NCBI GenBank assembly: GCA_026417895.1
Contig: JAOACJ010000009.1
Location: 2,128 to 66,127 of the forward strand
Length of the DNA: 64,000 nucleotides
Direction of reading: 5' to 3'
Source of the DNA: Patescibacteria group bacterium
GTDB taxonomy: Bacteria; Patescibacteriota; Patescibacteriia; UBA2591; CALHIP01
The position numbers and the translations under genes were made by a program. The notes below the pieces were generated by a model. It searched no databases. It was not told the origin of the DNA and was given only the letters and a program-made list of their open reading frames with translations. Within the stretch, counting starts at the first letter, position 1. The number at the start of each line of letters is the position of its first letter. Shown here one piece after another: positions 19,802 to 28,649 of this stretch.

Positions 19802-21301
19802 TTATAACCTCGGAAATAATATTTCACCCTTTTTTATCTTATCAAATTCTACTCCTCCCCATTCTTTCGCTTCTTCAAGATTTTTCTTTTTTTCACTAGA
19901 TAAAATGCCCAGTTGATCGAAGATTTTATCAGCCGTTTCAGGCATCAAGGGTTGAATGAGCCAAGCCAGTTGACGAAGACTTTCAAGTAAATTATAGATT
20001 ACTTTTTGAAATTCAACAAGATTGGTTTTCAACAACCGCCAAGGTTCTTTCTTATTAATTTCCCGATCAACCAAGGCGATAAAATTTAAAATTTCTTTTG
20101 CTACTTCCTCAAAAGCTAATTTCTCCATCGCCCTCTGGTAGCCCCGCCAAACTCTCTCTATCTTTTTAACCCATTCTCTTTCTTTTTTTAACTTGTAATT
20201 TGTAAGTTGTAATTTGGTAGCGAGAGCCAAAACCCGAGCCACTAGATTGCCAATGCCATTGGCTAAATCAGCCTTATATTTTTCATAAAATTTTTCTAAC
20301 GAAACATCTCCATCAACACCAAAAGGAAAACTTGAAAGTAGGAGCCATCTTAAACCATCGCTGGAAAAATTTTTCGCTTGTTCAATTGGATCTAAAACAT
20401 TACCTAAAGATTTACTCATTTTCTGACCATTAACGGTAAAAAAACCGTGGGCAAAAATTTTCTTTGGTAAAGGAACTTCTAAAGCCAAAAGTAAAGCCGG
20501 CCAAATCGTTGAATGAACTCTCAAAATATCTTTAGCCATTAGTTGCAGATCGGCTGGCCAAAGTTCCGGAACTCTTTCTTCTCCATCCCAACCTAAACCG
20601 GTGAGATAATTCAAAAAGGCATCAATCCAAACATAAAGTGTCTGTGATCCATCCCACGGCAAAGGAATTCCCCATTGAACCCTTTTTCGAGAAATAGAAA
20701 CATCTTCTAATTTCTCGGTTTTTAAAAAACCAACCACCTCATTTTTCCTTTTTTCTGGCTCAATCACCAATGTCTTTTCATCAATTAATCTCAGTAATGG
20801 TTTTTGAAAGGCAGAAAGTTTGAAAAGGTAACATTCTTCCGAAACCCTTTCCGGCACTCTTTGATGGTCTGGACATCGACCATCAATTAATTCTTTTGTG
20901 GTATAGTATCTTTCACAACCAACACAATATAAACCTTCGTAAAGTCCTTTTTTAATCCAACCCTTTTGGTAAAGTCTTGTGATCGCTTTTTTTACCGCCT
21001 GTTCATGATTTTGGTCAGTCGTTCGAATAAAATTATCATAAGAGATGTTTAAAACATCCCAGGCTAATTTAAAACGAGCCGACATTTCATCACACCACTC
21101 CTGGGGTGTTTTTTTATTTTTCTCGGCTGATTCGGCAATTTTTGCTCCATGTTCATCAGTGCCCGTTAGAAAGAAAACTTGATCACCCTTCATTCGATAA
21201 TAGCGCGCCAAAACATCAGCGGCAATCGTCGTATAAGCATGACCTAAATGCGGTTGATCATTAACATAATAAATTGGCGTGGTAAGATAAAATTTAGACA
21301 T
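19802..21301 (-). CDS. metG: methionyl-tRNA synthetase
   Basis: HIGH-type motif PHLGHAYT and KMSKS. 499 aa. Confidence 0.95.
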   Translation of the reverse strand: MSKFYLTTPIYYVNDQPHLGHAYTTIAADVLARYYRMKGDQVFFLTGTDEHGAKIAESAEKNKKTPQEWCDEMSARFKLAWDVLNISYDNFIRTTDQNHEQAVKKAITRLYQKGWIKKGLYEGLYCVGCERYYTTKELIDGRCPDHQRVPERVSEECYLFKLSAFQKPLLRLIDEKTLVIEPEKRKNEVVGFLKTEKLEDVSISRKRVQWGIPLPWDGSQTLYVWIDAFLNYLTGLGWDGEERVPELWPADLQLMAKDILRVHSTIWPALLLALEVPLPKKIFAHGFFTVNGQKMSKSLGNVLDPIEQAKNFSSDGLRWLLLSSFPFGVDGDVSLEKFYEKYKADLANGIGNLVARVLALATKLQLTNYKLKKEREWVKKIERVWRGYQRAMEKLAFEEVAKEILNFIALVDREINKKEPWRLLKTNLVEFQKVIYNLLESLRQLAWLIQPLMPETADKIFDQLGILSSEKKKNLEEAKEWGGVEFDKIKKGEILFPRL

Positions 21302-21302
21302 T

Positions 21303-21983
21303 TTATGATTTTAAATTTTTAATCACGATGACGAATTCTCCTTTTATTTTATCATTTTTTATCTTTTCTGTCACCTGACTAATTGTTCCGCGATAAATCG
21401 TTTCAAATTTTTTCGTCAATTCGCGAGCAATAACAATTTCTCGTTCACCGCAATGATTTTTTAAATCAGCTAAGGTTTTGAAAAGACGATAAACTGATTC
21501 GTAAAGGACAATAGTTTCTTCATAAGTGGTCAATTTCTTAAAAAATTTTTCTCGTTTCTTTTTGCTGGGTGGAAAGCCTAGAAAAACAAATTTATCACTT
21601 GGCAAACCAGAAATACTTAAAGCAGTAACTAAAGCACAAGGGCCGGGAATGGGCACAATTTTTACTCTCTCACCCAATTTTTTCACCACTTCTTGAATCA
21701 ATAAATTTCCTGGATCAGCAATCCCTGGTGTCCCAGCCTCAGAAACTAAAGCCAGATTTTTACCTTGTTTTAATAAAGCAATAATATCATCAATTTTTTT
21801 CAATCTTGAATGTTGGTGATAAGAAATCAGAGGTTTTTTGATTTGATAACGATCAAGTAAAATTTTTGTTTTTCTTGTATCTTCACATAAAATGAAATCA
21901 ACCTCTTTTAAAACTTTAAGAGCACGCAGGGTGATATCTTCGAGATTGCCAATCGGTGTGGCGACAAGATAAAGAATTGACAT
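21303..21983 (-). CDS. rsmI: 16S rRNA (cytidine1402-2'-O)-methyltransferase RsmI
   Basis: Tetrapyrrole-methylase fold with MSILYLVATPIGNLEDITLRALKVLKEVDFILCEDTR. Confidence 0.85.
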   Translation of the reverse strand: MSILYLVATPIGNLEDITLRALKVLKEVDFILCEDTRKTKILLDRYQIKKPLISYHQHSRLKKIDDIIALLKQGKNLALVSEAGTPGIADPGNLLIQEVVKKLGERVKIVPIPGPCALVTALSISGLPSDKFVFLGFPPSKKKREKFFKKLTTYEETIVLYESVYRLFKTLADLKNHCGEREIVIARELTKKFETIYRGTISQVTEKIKNDKIKGEFVIVIKNLKS

Positions 21984-21997
21984 ATTAAAATAATTAT

Positions 21998-22036
21998 AGC
22001 AGAAAAATAAGAGAAGTCTTGAAAAAGACTTCTCTT
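21998..22036 (-). terminator. perfect 12-bp stem / GAAA-loop hairpin followed by a U-run on the minus strand; putative intrinsic terminator or attenuator
   Basis: aagagaagtctt-gaaa-aagacttctctt at 22009-22036, then a minus-strand U-tract from 21998-22008. It lies 3' of the 22060..23487 gene and 15 nt upstream of rsmI. Confidence 0.5.
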
Positions 22037-22059
22037 AAAAATATTTGAATTTCCGATCT

Positions 22060-23487
22060 TTATCTTAGAGAAATAATAACAAACTCTGAACGACCGTTGG
22101 CAAATCTAATCTCTAATTGCCAGGTACCAGTGGAAAGCGATTTTGTTCCAAGATTAAAGATATAAAGGTTATCTAAATTATCATACCGAAACAAATTACC
22201 ACTGTTAGCTGAGCCACTGGAAACTGCTTCTAAAACTGAACCGGAAATATTATTACTAATTTTCAATAAATACAATCTCGCCATTACTGTGCTCACAGAT
22301 TGGTTATTAAAGTCAGTCAAGCGGAATTTTACTGGCACCGTTGAACCTAATTTGAAAATACTACTCCCATCTGCATTGATTGGTTGAAGAATACCGCTAA
22401 AAAGATAACCAACTTCATAAGTAATCGTCTGATAACTTTCCCAGCCAGCCTGATCAACCGCTCTTACTTCAAAATTTTTTAGACCAATAGTTCCGGTTTC
22501 AATCGCTGCACCATTGGGGATTGTCGCTATTACTGAGGCTAAACCAGAAACTTCATCACTAACTGACCAATCAGCCAAAACCGGTTGATTTAACAGATAA
22601 AAACCAGCCGTTGGACTATTAATGGTAATGACTGGTGGTGTTTGATCAATTTTAATCAAAACTGTCTTGACGGTTTCGCTATTACCGGCATTGTCGATTG
22701 AATAGTAATAAAGAGTCGTCACGCCTTCGCTATTAATCATCAATGGCTGAGTATAAGAAAACCAACTGTTTTGATCGAAGCTATATTTCGTCTGAGCAAC
22801 GCCAGAGCCGCCTTCGTTATCAATGGCTGTTAAAGCAACCTCAACCGCAGAAAGATACCAGTTGTTTAAACCTTCATTACCAGTTAAAGTCGCGGTTGTT
22901 GTTGGTGGCAAATTATCAGTCGGTCCAGTCAATTCTTCCGCATCAAGATAAACCCAGGTCGGATTATAAGTATCAATCGTGCCAGCGACATTAAAGCGCA
23001 GCCTAACCATTCGACCTAAATAAGCTGATAAATCAATATTGACTAACTGCCAACCGGTTGTTTTTAAACCAAAACCTGTTCCCCAGGCTCCTTGTGAATA
23101 ATAACGAATTGTTGCCCCGGTTTCTAAATCTTGAACTAAATAACTAAAATGATTAAAACCAGCATAATCATAGGTAAAAATGTTATAAGCAAAGCTTAAG
23201 GTTGGCGCAACAACCAGAAAGTCTTGATAAATAATATTTGGACCAATCGGTTGAAGGCCGGTTGTTCGACCAAGTCGAGCCATATAGGTACCGGCATAGG
23301 GTGTGGTAAAACTATCAGCTGTAACCACGCCAGCAAAATCAACAACTGTTCCTCTTGTCCAGCCAGTGAAATCTCCGGTTTCAAAGCCTCCATTAATTAA
23401 ATTACTCGTCGTCGCTAAAAGAGGCTGTGGGAAAATCGGTATTAAAATAAAAAACGAAAAAATAAGACCAAAAATGACTTTTTTCAT
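22060..23487 (-). CDS. secreted protein with an N-terminal CBM4/9-like carbohydrate-binding module and Ig-like domains
   Basis: Signal peptide, then the NGGFETGDFTGWT start typical of CBM_4_9, then DNAGNSETVKTVLIKIDQTPPVITI Ig-like motifs. GC is higher than in neighbouring genes. Confidence 0.5.
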   Translation of the reverse strand: MKKVIFGLIFSFFILIPIFPQPLLATTSNLINGGFETGDFTGWTRGTVVDFAGVVTADSFTTPYAGTYMARLGRTTGLQPIGPNIIYQDFLVVAPTLSFAYNIFTYDYAGFNHFSYLVQDLETGATIRYYSQGAWGTGFGLKTTGWQLVNIDLSAYLGRMVRLRFNVAGTIDTYNPTWVYLDAEELTGPTDNLPPTTTATLTGNEGLNNWYLSAVEVALTAIDNEGGSGVAQTKYSFDQNSWFSYTQPLMINSEGVTTLYYYSIDNAGNSETVKTVLIKIDQTPPVITINSPTAGFYLLNQPVLADWSVSDEVSGLASVIATIPNGAAIETGTIGLKNFEVRAVDQAGWESYQTITYEVGYLFSGILQPINADGSSIFKLGSTVPVKFRLTDFNNQSVSTVMARLYLLKISNNISGSVLEAVSSGSANSGNLFRYDNLDNLYIFNLGTKSLSTGTWQLEIRFANGRSEFVIISLR

Positions 23488-23522
23488 AGGACAATAAAAA
23501 TTTAAAATTAATTAAAGATATG

Positions 23523-24932
23523 TTACTTTTCTTGCCAACGGGTAGGTGGCAAGCAAGTTGACTTGCCTGATTTCATATAGCCATAAGGTGATTCCTGATA
23601 AGGCGGACAAAGAGGTTCAAGACAGGAAAGAGCCGTCACCCAATAGTGATAATTGACGTTCGCAATAATACTTTTGTCTTCATAAGCACAAAGGCTTTCA
23701 CCACAAACATCCTCGGGTCTAATATTTTCGGCAATTCTTCGACACTGTGATAGTTCACAGTCATTTCTATTGTCTTTATTTTTGACTGCTCGATAAACAT
23801 TATAGCCAACCGCCCCTCCGACTGGTAGCCATTGAACAGTTATTTCACCGCACTTTGAAGAGAGAATTGGCTCCAGAGGCTGTGATGGCGCGCATAAAAC
23901 CGTTGTCCCAGAAGCAGCATCACTGATTATTCCGTCACCGTTTAAATTCCAGGCTTGAACTTGATAGCGATATATCTGTCCACCGCTTAAACCAACATCT
24001 TGCCATTTACATATATCACCACTACAATCAACCTCATTGACAGAAATATTGGCAATAAGGACTCCATTTGTCTGTGGATTACACCCCTCACCCCGACAAC
24101 GATAAATTTTATAACCTTGAGCACACTTAGTTGGTGGTTGCCAATTTAAAAGTAAAGACTGACAATTTTGAGAAACCGATCTGACGGTTAAATTTCTTAC
24201 CTGATCAGGTGGATTTTTTAAACAATAACTTTGATAAGCACCGAGCCAGCCTAAACCAGCACCAGTAATTTGTGGATTATAAGTTGAACTCCAGGCAAAA
24301 CCTGTTAATTCTTTATGATTAAAACCAAAATCTTCTAAAGAAAGACCATAGCTAATACCGCCAGTTGTCTGTCCTCTTAATTTAATCCAGCCATCAGTTG
24401 TTGGTGACGACCAAACTACCTTTGCCCAACCAAAAACTTTTTTGCCTTCCCCAAGACAATTAGTGCCCGAAACATTTTCTCCTTTGCAAGCCCAAGGAGT
24501 AAAATTATCAGGTGAATTAATAAATGAACAAGTCCCACAACCTTCGCAAGTAATATAATTACTACAACTTGGACAATGAGCACACTTACAGGTCTCACCA
24601 AAACAAATCCAGCCAACATTTGGTGACCAACCATAACCAGAAATTTTATTGGTGGAAGAATCTAATTTTAAGCCGTAATTGATATTAGTTGGACAATTAT
24701 TTTCCGGTTGACCATCATTGTTATAGTCGTTATAACAATTCAAAGAAATCCAGCCAATGCCACCCGGATAACTGCCATCACTTCTACTCCAAAGCCAACC
24801 ACGGATGTTATCACTCCTCCCCCCTTGAACTAAATGTGGTTTTTCTATGTGAAAAACAAAAAATAATAAAGCAGCCGCCCCTATGAGACTTAAGATTAAT
24901 ATAAAAACTTGTCGTAACCAAATATTTTTCAT
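23523..24932 (-). CDS. Cys-rich secreted protein with C-terminal fibronectin-III-like domains
   Basis: N-terminal TM/signal segment, many Cys with Trp/Gly motifs (GWICFGETCKCAHCPSCSNYITCEGCGTC), and two FN3-like modules (GYKIYRCRG...YRYQVQAWN; ITVQWLPVGGAVGYNVYRA). Confidence 0.5.
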   Translation of the reverse strand: MKNIWLRQVFILILSLIGAAALLFFVFHIEKPHLVQGGRSDNIRGWLWSRSDGSYPGGIGWISLNCYNDYNNDGQPENNCPTNINYGLKLDSSTNKISGYGWSPNVGWICFGETCKCAHCPSCSNYITCEGCGTCSFINSPDNFTPWACKGENVSGTNCLGEGKKVFGWAKVVWSSPTTDGWIKLRGQTTGGISYGLSLEDFGFNHKELTGFAWSSTYNPQITGAGLGWLGAYQSYCLKNPPDQVRNLTVRSVSQNCQSLLLNWQPPTKCAQGYKIYRCRGEGCNPQTNGVLIANISVNEVDCSGDICKWQDVGLSGGQIYRYQVQAWNLNGDGIISDAASGTTVLCAPSQPLEPILSSKCGEITVQWLPVGGAVGYNVYRAVKNKDNRNDCELSQCRRIAENIRPEDVCGESLCAYEDKSIIANVNYHYWVTALSCLEPLCPPYQESPYGYMKSGKSTCLPPTRWQEK

Positions 24933-25063
24933 TATTTTAATATTATCATTTTTTCATCAATTGTCAATCAAAATTTCAAAATTTCAACTCCTTCACGACA
25001 TTTCAATATTCTCACTAATGCGCCAACATTCTTAAGTGTAATTAATGTTTAAATTCATAATTT

Positions 25064-27946
25064 CTATTCAAAATAAACAAGAGGCATTGGTTCGACATAT
25101 TGACGTAAATAGAGATAATCAACAAAAGTCCGCCAATCCCATGGCCTTGGCCAAGGACAGGTTGCGCACCAACAAGACCACCAGTCAAGAATAAAAATTT
25201 TGCCGGCTTGATTAAAGACTGGTCTGTCTGTTTGACTGAAAGGAAGAACGTCTTTCACCTCAACAGAGTGCTTCGTTTCATAAGCTTTTACCTCCCATAA
25301 AGTCGCCCCTCCTTCCCAAAGAATACCACGACCTAATTCATACCAGGCTCTGCCTTTCATATACCCCCAGGTCGCCAAAGGTACCCCCCACGGCGTCCAA
25401 CCATAAAGCCAATTAGTCGAACCAGAATGAATCTGCCAACTATTTTCTTGATCATCTAAATAACGCCAATAAAGAAAAGTTGAACCATTGGGTCCACCTC
25501 TTGACATTTTTGATTTAAGCCAAAAATTTTTGATTTCTATTTTTGGTTTTAACCAACCAACACTGTTAACACCGATTTGAATTTTTGATTCGCTGGTGAG
25601 CCAATCAACATCATTAAAGTCATAGTCATCCATTCTCATTTGATCAAAATGGTCAAACCAAGTTAAAGTCTTCTCTAAATTTGCCACCGACCCAGCCTGT
25701 TGATTACCATAGTAAAGATAAATCTTTTTCCGAGAATTGGCAGGAATTTCTGGAATTCTGACAACCGCTTCAGCAAAAAGACCATTTTCTTTTTTCGCTA
25801 ATCCTTCATCGTTGATTTCCCAACCATAATTTAATAATGTCTGGCCATCTTCATCAGTAAATCTTAAATCAGAAAAATCCAGCTTCATTTCTGGCTGATA
25901 ATTGATCAAAAGATTAATTTCAAAATTAGTTAAAGTTTCCGAGCTATTGGTATTGTCAATGATAACTGCTTTTCTTTTTTTCCAGTTTTCTAAAAAAGGA
26001 CGAAGAAGATAAGTAATGCAAGATTGAATGGCCGGTTCTTGTTGATTGCCAAGTTTATCTTTGGCTCGAACATAAATTTTGTAATTTCCTTCTTCAATTA
26101 AATCTTTTGGCCAAGCAAATTGCCATTTTTTATTTTCCCAATCAAGAGTAGCTTCAAACCAAAATTCCTCTTTTTGCCAGGAAAATGATGATAATTGAGC
26201 TAAATATTGGCTATCTTTTTCTCTTTGAATAGCTAAAAATATCTTTTCTGTATCCTCGCCCTCAAAAATACCTTCAATTGATGAGGGTAAATTTTCTAAG
26301 CCAACAAAAGTTCCACTTGTCAGAATCGCTGAAGTCGGTGGTGTCAAGTCAATCTGCCAAAGATAAACAAAACTTGCCTGATTGCCGGCTAAATCAAAGG
26401 CTTCTAAAAAGAAACTGTGTTCACCTTCAGAAAGATCATAGTAAATTTTTGGTGATAAACAATCTTCTTTTTCTTTGTCGTCTAACTTACACTTGAAAGT
26501 AACATTTTCATTGGCCGAAAATTCAAAAATGGCATGTCGAGTGTTGGTGGGATTGTTCGGAAAAGCAGTCAGGGTAATTTCCGGCGGTGTGATGTCTGGC
26601 GGTGGTGAAGGAGATCCGCCACCTCCACCAAAATAAACAATGGGTGTAACTTTTTCTTCTTCAATTTTTTCTGTTTCTAACAAATTTTCTTGATTTGTTT
26701 TTTCTAAAAGAGGAGACAAAAGATTCAACTCGCTTAAACTGCCTGGAGCTGGTTCTAAAACAATCTTCTCTTCCGACTTTTCAAAAGCAATTTGCCAAGA
26801 AACCGTTTCTCCTCCTAACCAATGAAAACCTTGACTATCTTGATAAACCGGTCGAAAAGAAAATTGATAAATTTTTGGTTCTAAATTTTTGGCGGTAATA
26901 AAAAATTCAAAAGAACCGATTTCATTTGGTTTGATTTCTGATTCTTTTAGCTTGGCTGGCCTCTTCTTTGTTAACCAACTTGAATGATAAAAATTTTTTG
27001 CTTCTTCGGAAGCAACATTTAAAGAAACAGTTTCTTTTTGCCAAATGGTATTACCGGTATTTTTGAATTTGACGGAAAGAAAAATTTCTTGATTTTCTTT
27101 TAAAGTTAAATTTTGGTTTGGATTTCTCTCAATTAGTTTCGCGTCATAAATTAATTCCTGATTCGTTATTCCTAATTCCTGATTCACTGCTTTTTCCTGT
27201 TCTCCTGATTGACTTTCTTGATTTAAACCTAATAAGTTATTAATTAAAGAAGTAATCCCTTGCCACCAGCCGGTCAGAAGTGAACCGAGATTTTGCCAAA
27301 AATTACTTGAAGATTCGGGTTGAGATGACGGTTGCTGAGATAATTGTTCCTCTGCTAATCTCGTTTGGAAAATTTCATTATCCGAAAGATACCAATTGCC
27401 AGCGACAAAGTTGGTATAGCCCGACATTGGTTCTGGCTTATAAGCAATGAGTTTCCCGTCTGGCTGTCGCTGATACATAGCAAAATGAAGATGGGTACCA
27501 GGGTATTCTGGACAGGCAGAGCCACTAACTTCACCACTTCTACCAATCTTACCAATAATTGTTCCTTGTCTAACGTCCTGATTTTGTGCGACTCCTATGG
27601 AATAAGGAATTAGATGAGCATAACGACTAATTAAGTTATTACCATGATTGATTAATACAGTTGTTCCATATCCACCATTATAACCATCTTGGAGTACTAA
27701 TATCACCTTTCCGTCAACTACTGTTAAAACATTTTTTCCGTAAGCTTCGCATCCATTTTTAGTGAAATCTAAAGCGTATTGATCTTTACTGTTGGGTGCA
27801 TGGGTTGGTAACGTATTATATCCTCGCGTAATAATAAATCTTTCTCCTTTCTGATAAGGAAGTTTAAAAATTAAATCTGCAGCTAAAACAGAACTGACTG
27901 ATAGAATGGATAAAAATAAATAAGTGAAAATTTTTTGTTTTGACAT
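25064..27946 (-). CDS. large secreted multidomain protein: N-terminal M23 (LytM) peptidase, Ig-like repeats and a C-terminal DUF2341-like domain
   Basis: M23 motifs (GTTVLINHGNNLISRYAHL; GTHLHFAMYQ); Ig-like DLAGNQASFVYLWQIDLTPPTS; DUF2341-like DFSDLRFTDEDGQTLLNYGWEI. The likely start is MSKQKIFTYLF... at 27946, followed by a signal peptide. Confidence 0.65.
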   Translation of the reverse strand: MSKQKIFTYLFLSILSVSSVLAADLIFKLPYQKGERFIITRGYNTLPTHAPNSKDQYALDFTKNGCEAYGKNVLTVVDGKVILVLQDGYNGGYGTTVLINHGNNLISRYAHLIPYSIGVAQNQDVRQGTIIGKIGRSGEVSGSACPEYPGTHLHFAMYQRQPDGKLIAYKPEPMSGYTNFVAGNWYLSDNEIFQTRLAEEQLSQQPSSQPESSSNFWQNLGSLLTGWWQGITSLINNLLGLNQESQSGEQEKAVNQELGITNQELIYDAKLIERNPNQNLTLKENQEIFLSVKFKNTGNTIWQKETVSLNVASEEAKNFYHSSWLTKKRPAKLKESEIKPNEIGSFEFFITAKNLEPKIYQFSFRPVYQDSQGFHWLGGETVSWQIAFEKSEEKIVLEPAPGSLSELNLLSPLLEKTNQENLLETEKIEEEKVTPIVYFGGGGGSPSPPPDITPPEITLTAFPNNPTNTRHAIFEFSANENVTFKCKLDDKEKEDCLSPKIYYDLSEGEHSFFLEAFDLAGNQASFVYLWQIDLTPPTSAILTSGTFVGLENLPSSIEGIFEGEDTEKIFLAIQREKDSQYLAQLSSFSWQKEEFWFEATLDWENKKWQFAWPKDLIEEGNYKIYVRAKDKLGNQQEPAIQSCITYLLRPFLENWKKRKAVIIDNTNSSETLTNFEINLLINYQPEMKLDFSDLRFTDEDGQTLLNYGWEINDEGLAKKENGLFAEAVVRIPEIPANSRKKIYLYYGNQQAGSVANLEKTLTWFDHFDQMRMDDYDFNDVDWLTSESKIQIGVNSVGWLKPKIEIKNFWLKSKMSRGGPNGSTFLYWRYLDDQENSWQIHSGSTNWLYGWTPWGVPLATWGYMKGRAWYELGRGILWEGGATLWEVKAYETKHSVEVKDVLPFSQTDRPVFNQAGKIFILDWWSCWCATCPWPRPWDWRTFVDYLYLRQYVEPMPLVYFE

Positions 27947-27956
27947 GCTATTATTA

Positions 27957-28547
27957 TTAAAACTTAATTGATGACAGATATAAATCAAAATCCTTCAAAC
28001 ACCTCTCTTTATCCTCCCCTTTGGGATAAAGAATAAGTTCGTATATTTTCTGTCTCAAAGGAACTATAACCGCTATAGAATACCCCGTTTCATTCGTATC
28101 CAACACTCTTTTAATACCTCTTTGTCCGTCAATATTAACCTCTACGCGTTCATCCAAATTAATTGTCAAAAATGATTCATTAAGTTTTACCTCTTCACGA
28201 TTCAACCACTGCTCAGCTGTAAGTTTCTGTGGGTTATCAATTATGTATGTCTCTATTTTACAATATTCATCTTTTGGATTATCCCAATCGATATCGTTGA
28301 AGCTAAGATAGCCAGCACTTGGTCGTTCAACGTTCCACCCCTTCGACACAGTCACCTCATAACCCTCTGTCTTATTTCTTATAATTTTCCCCTCTTTTGT
28401 TTCAATAACCTCAATGCCGGCAGGTGCAGTTGTTTCAGGCGACGGTTTTTCCGTGGTATAAATAAAAAGGGCGGTACCAGCCACAAGACACGCCAAAATA
28501 ATAAAAATAATAATGCCTAAATTTTTTGGTTCTTTTTGCCAAAACAT
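27957..28547 (-). CDS. hypothetical membrane-anchored protein
   Basis: 196 aa with a single N-terminal TM helix and no recognised domain. Co-directional with, and just upstream of, the M23 gene. Confidence 0.45.
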   Translation of the reverse strand: MFWQKEPKNLGIIIFIILACLVAGTALFIYTTEKPSPETTAPAGIEVIETKEGKIIRNKTEGYEVTVSKGWNVERPSAGYLSFNDIDWDNPKDEYCKIETYIIDNPQKLTAEQWLNREEVKLNESFLTINLDERVEVNIDGQRGIKRVLDTNETGYSIAVIVPLRQKIYELILYPKGEDKERCLKDFDLYLSSIKF

Positions 28548-28649
28548 AAAGATTAAATTAAGTTGTCAAGGTCTCTTATCTATTAAATAACAAATAAAAA
28601 CACCCTCTCAATAAAATAATTCAAATTCAATCTGCTGACCGTCAGTTTT

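Noticed and set aside
22060-28547. Genomic island or mobile element explaining the higher-GC secreted-protein block
   Set aside because: No integrase, transposase, tRNA target or flanking direct repeats were seen. The elevated GC is at least partly explained by Gly/Cys/Pro/Ala-rich protein composition, so only HGT of the T9SS-CTD gene is proposed.
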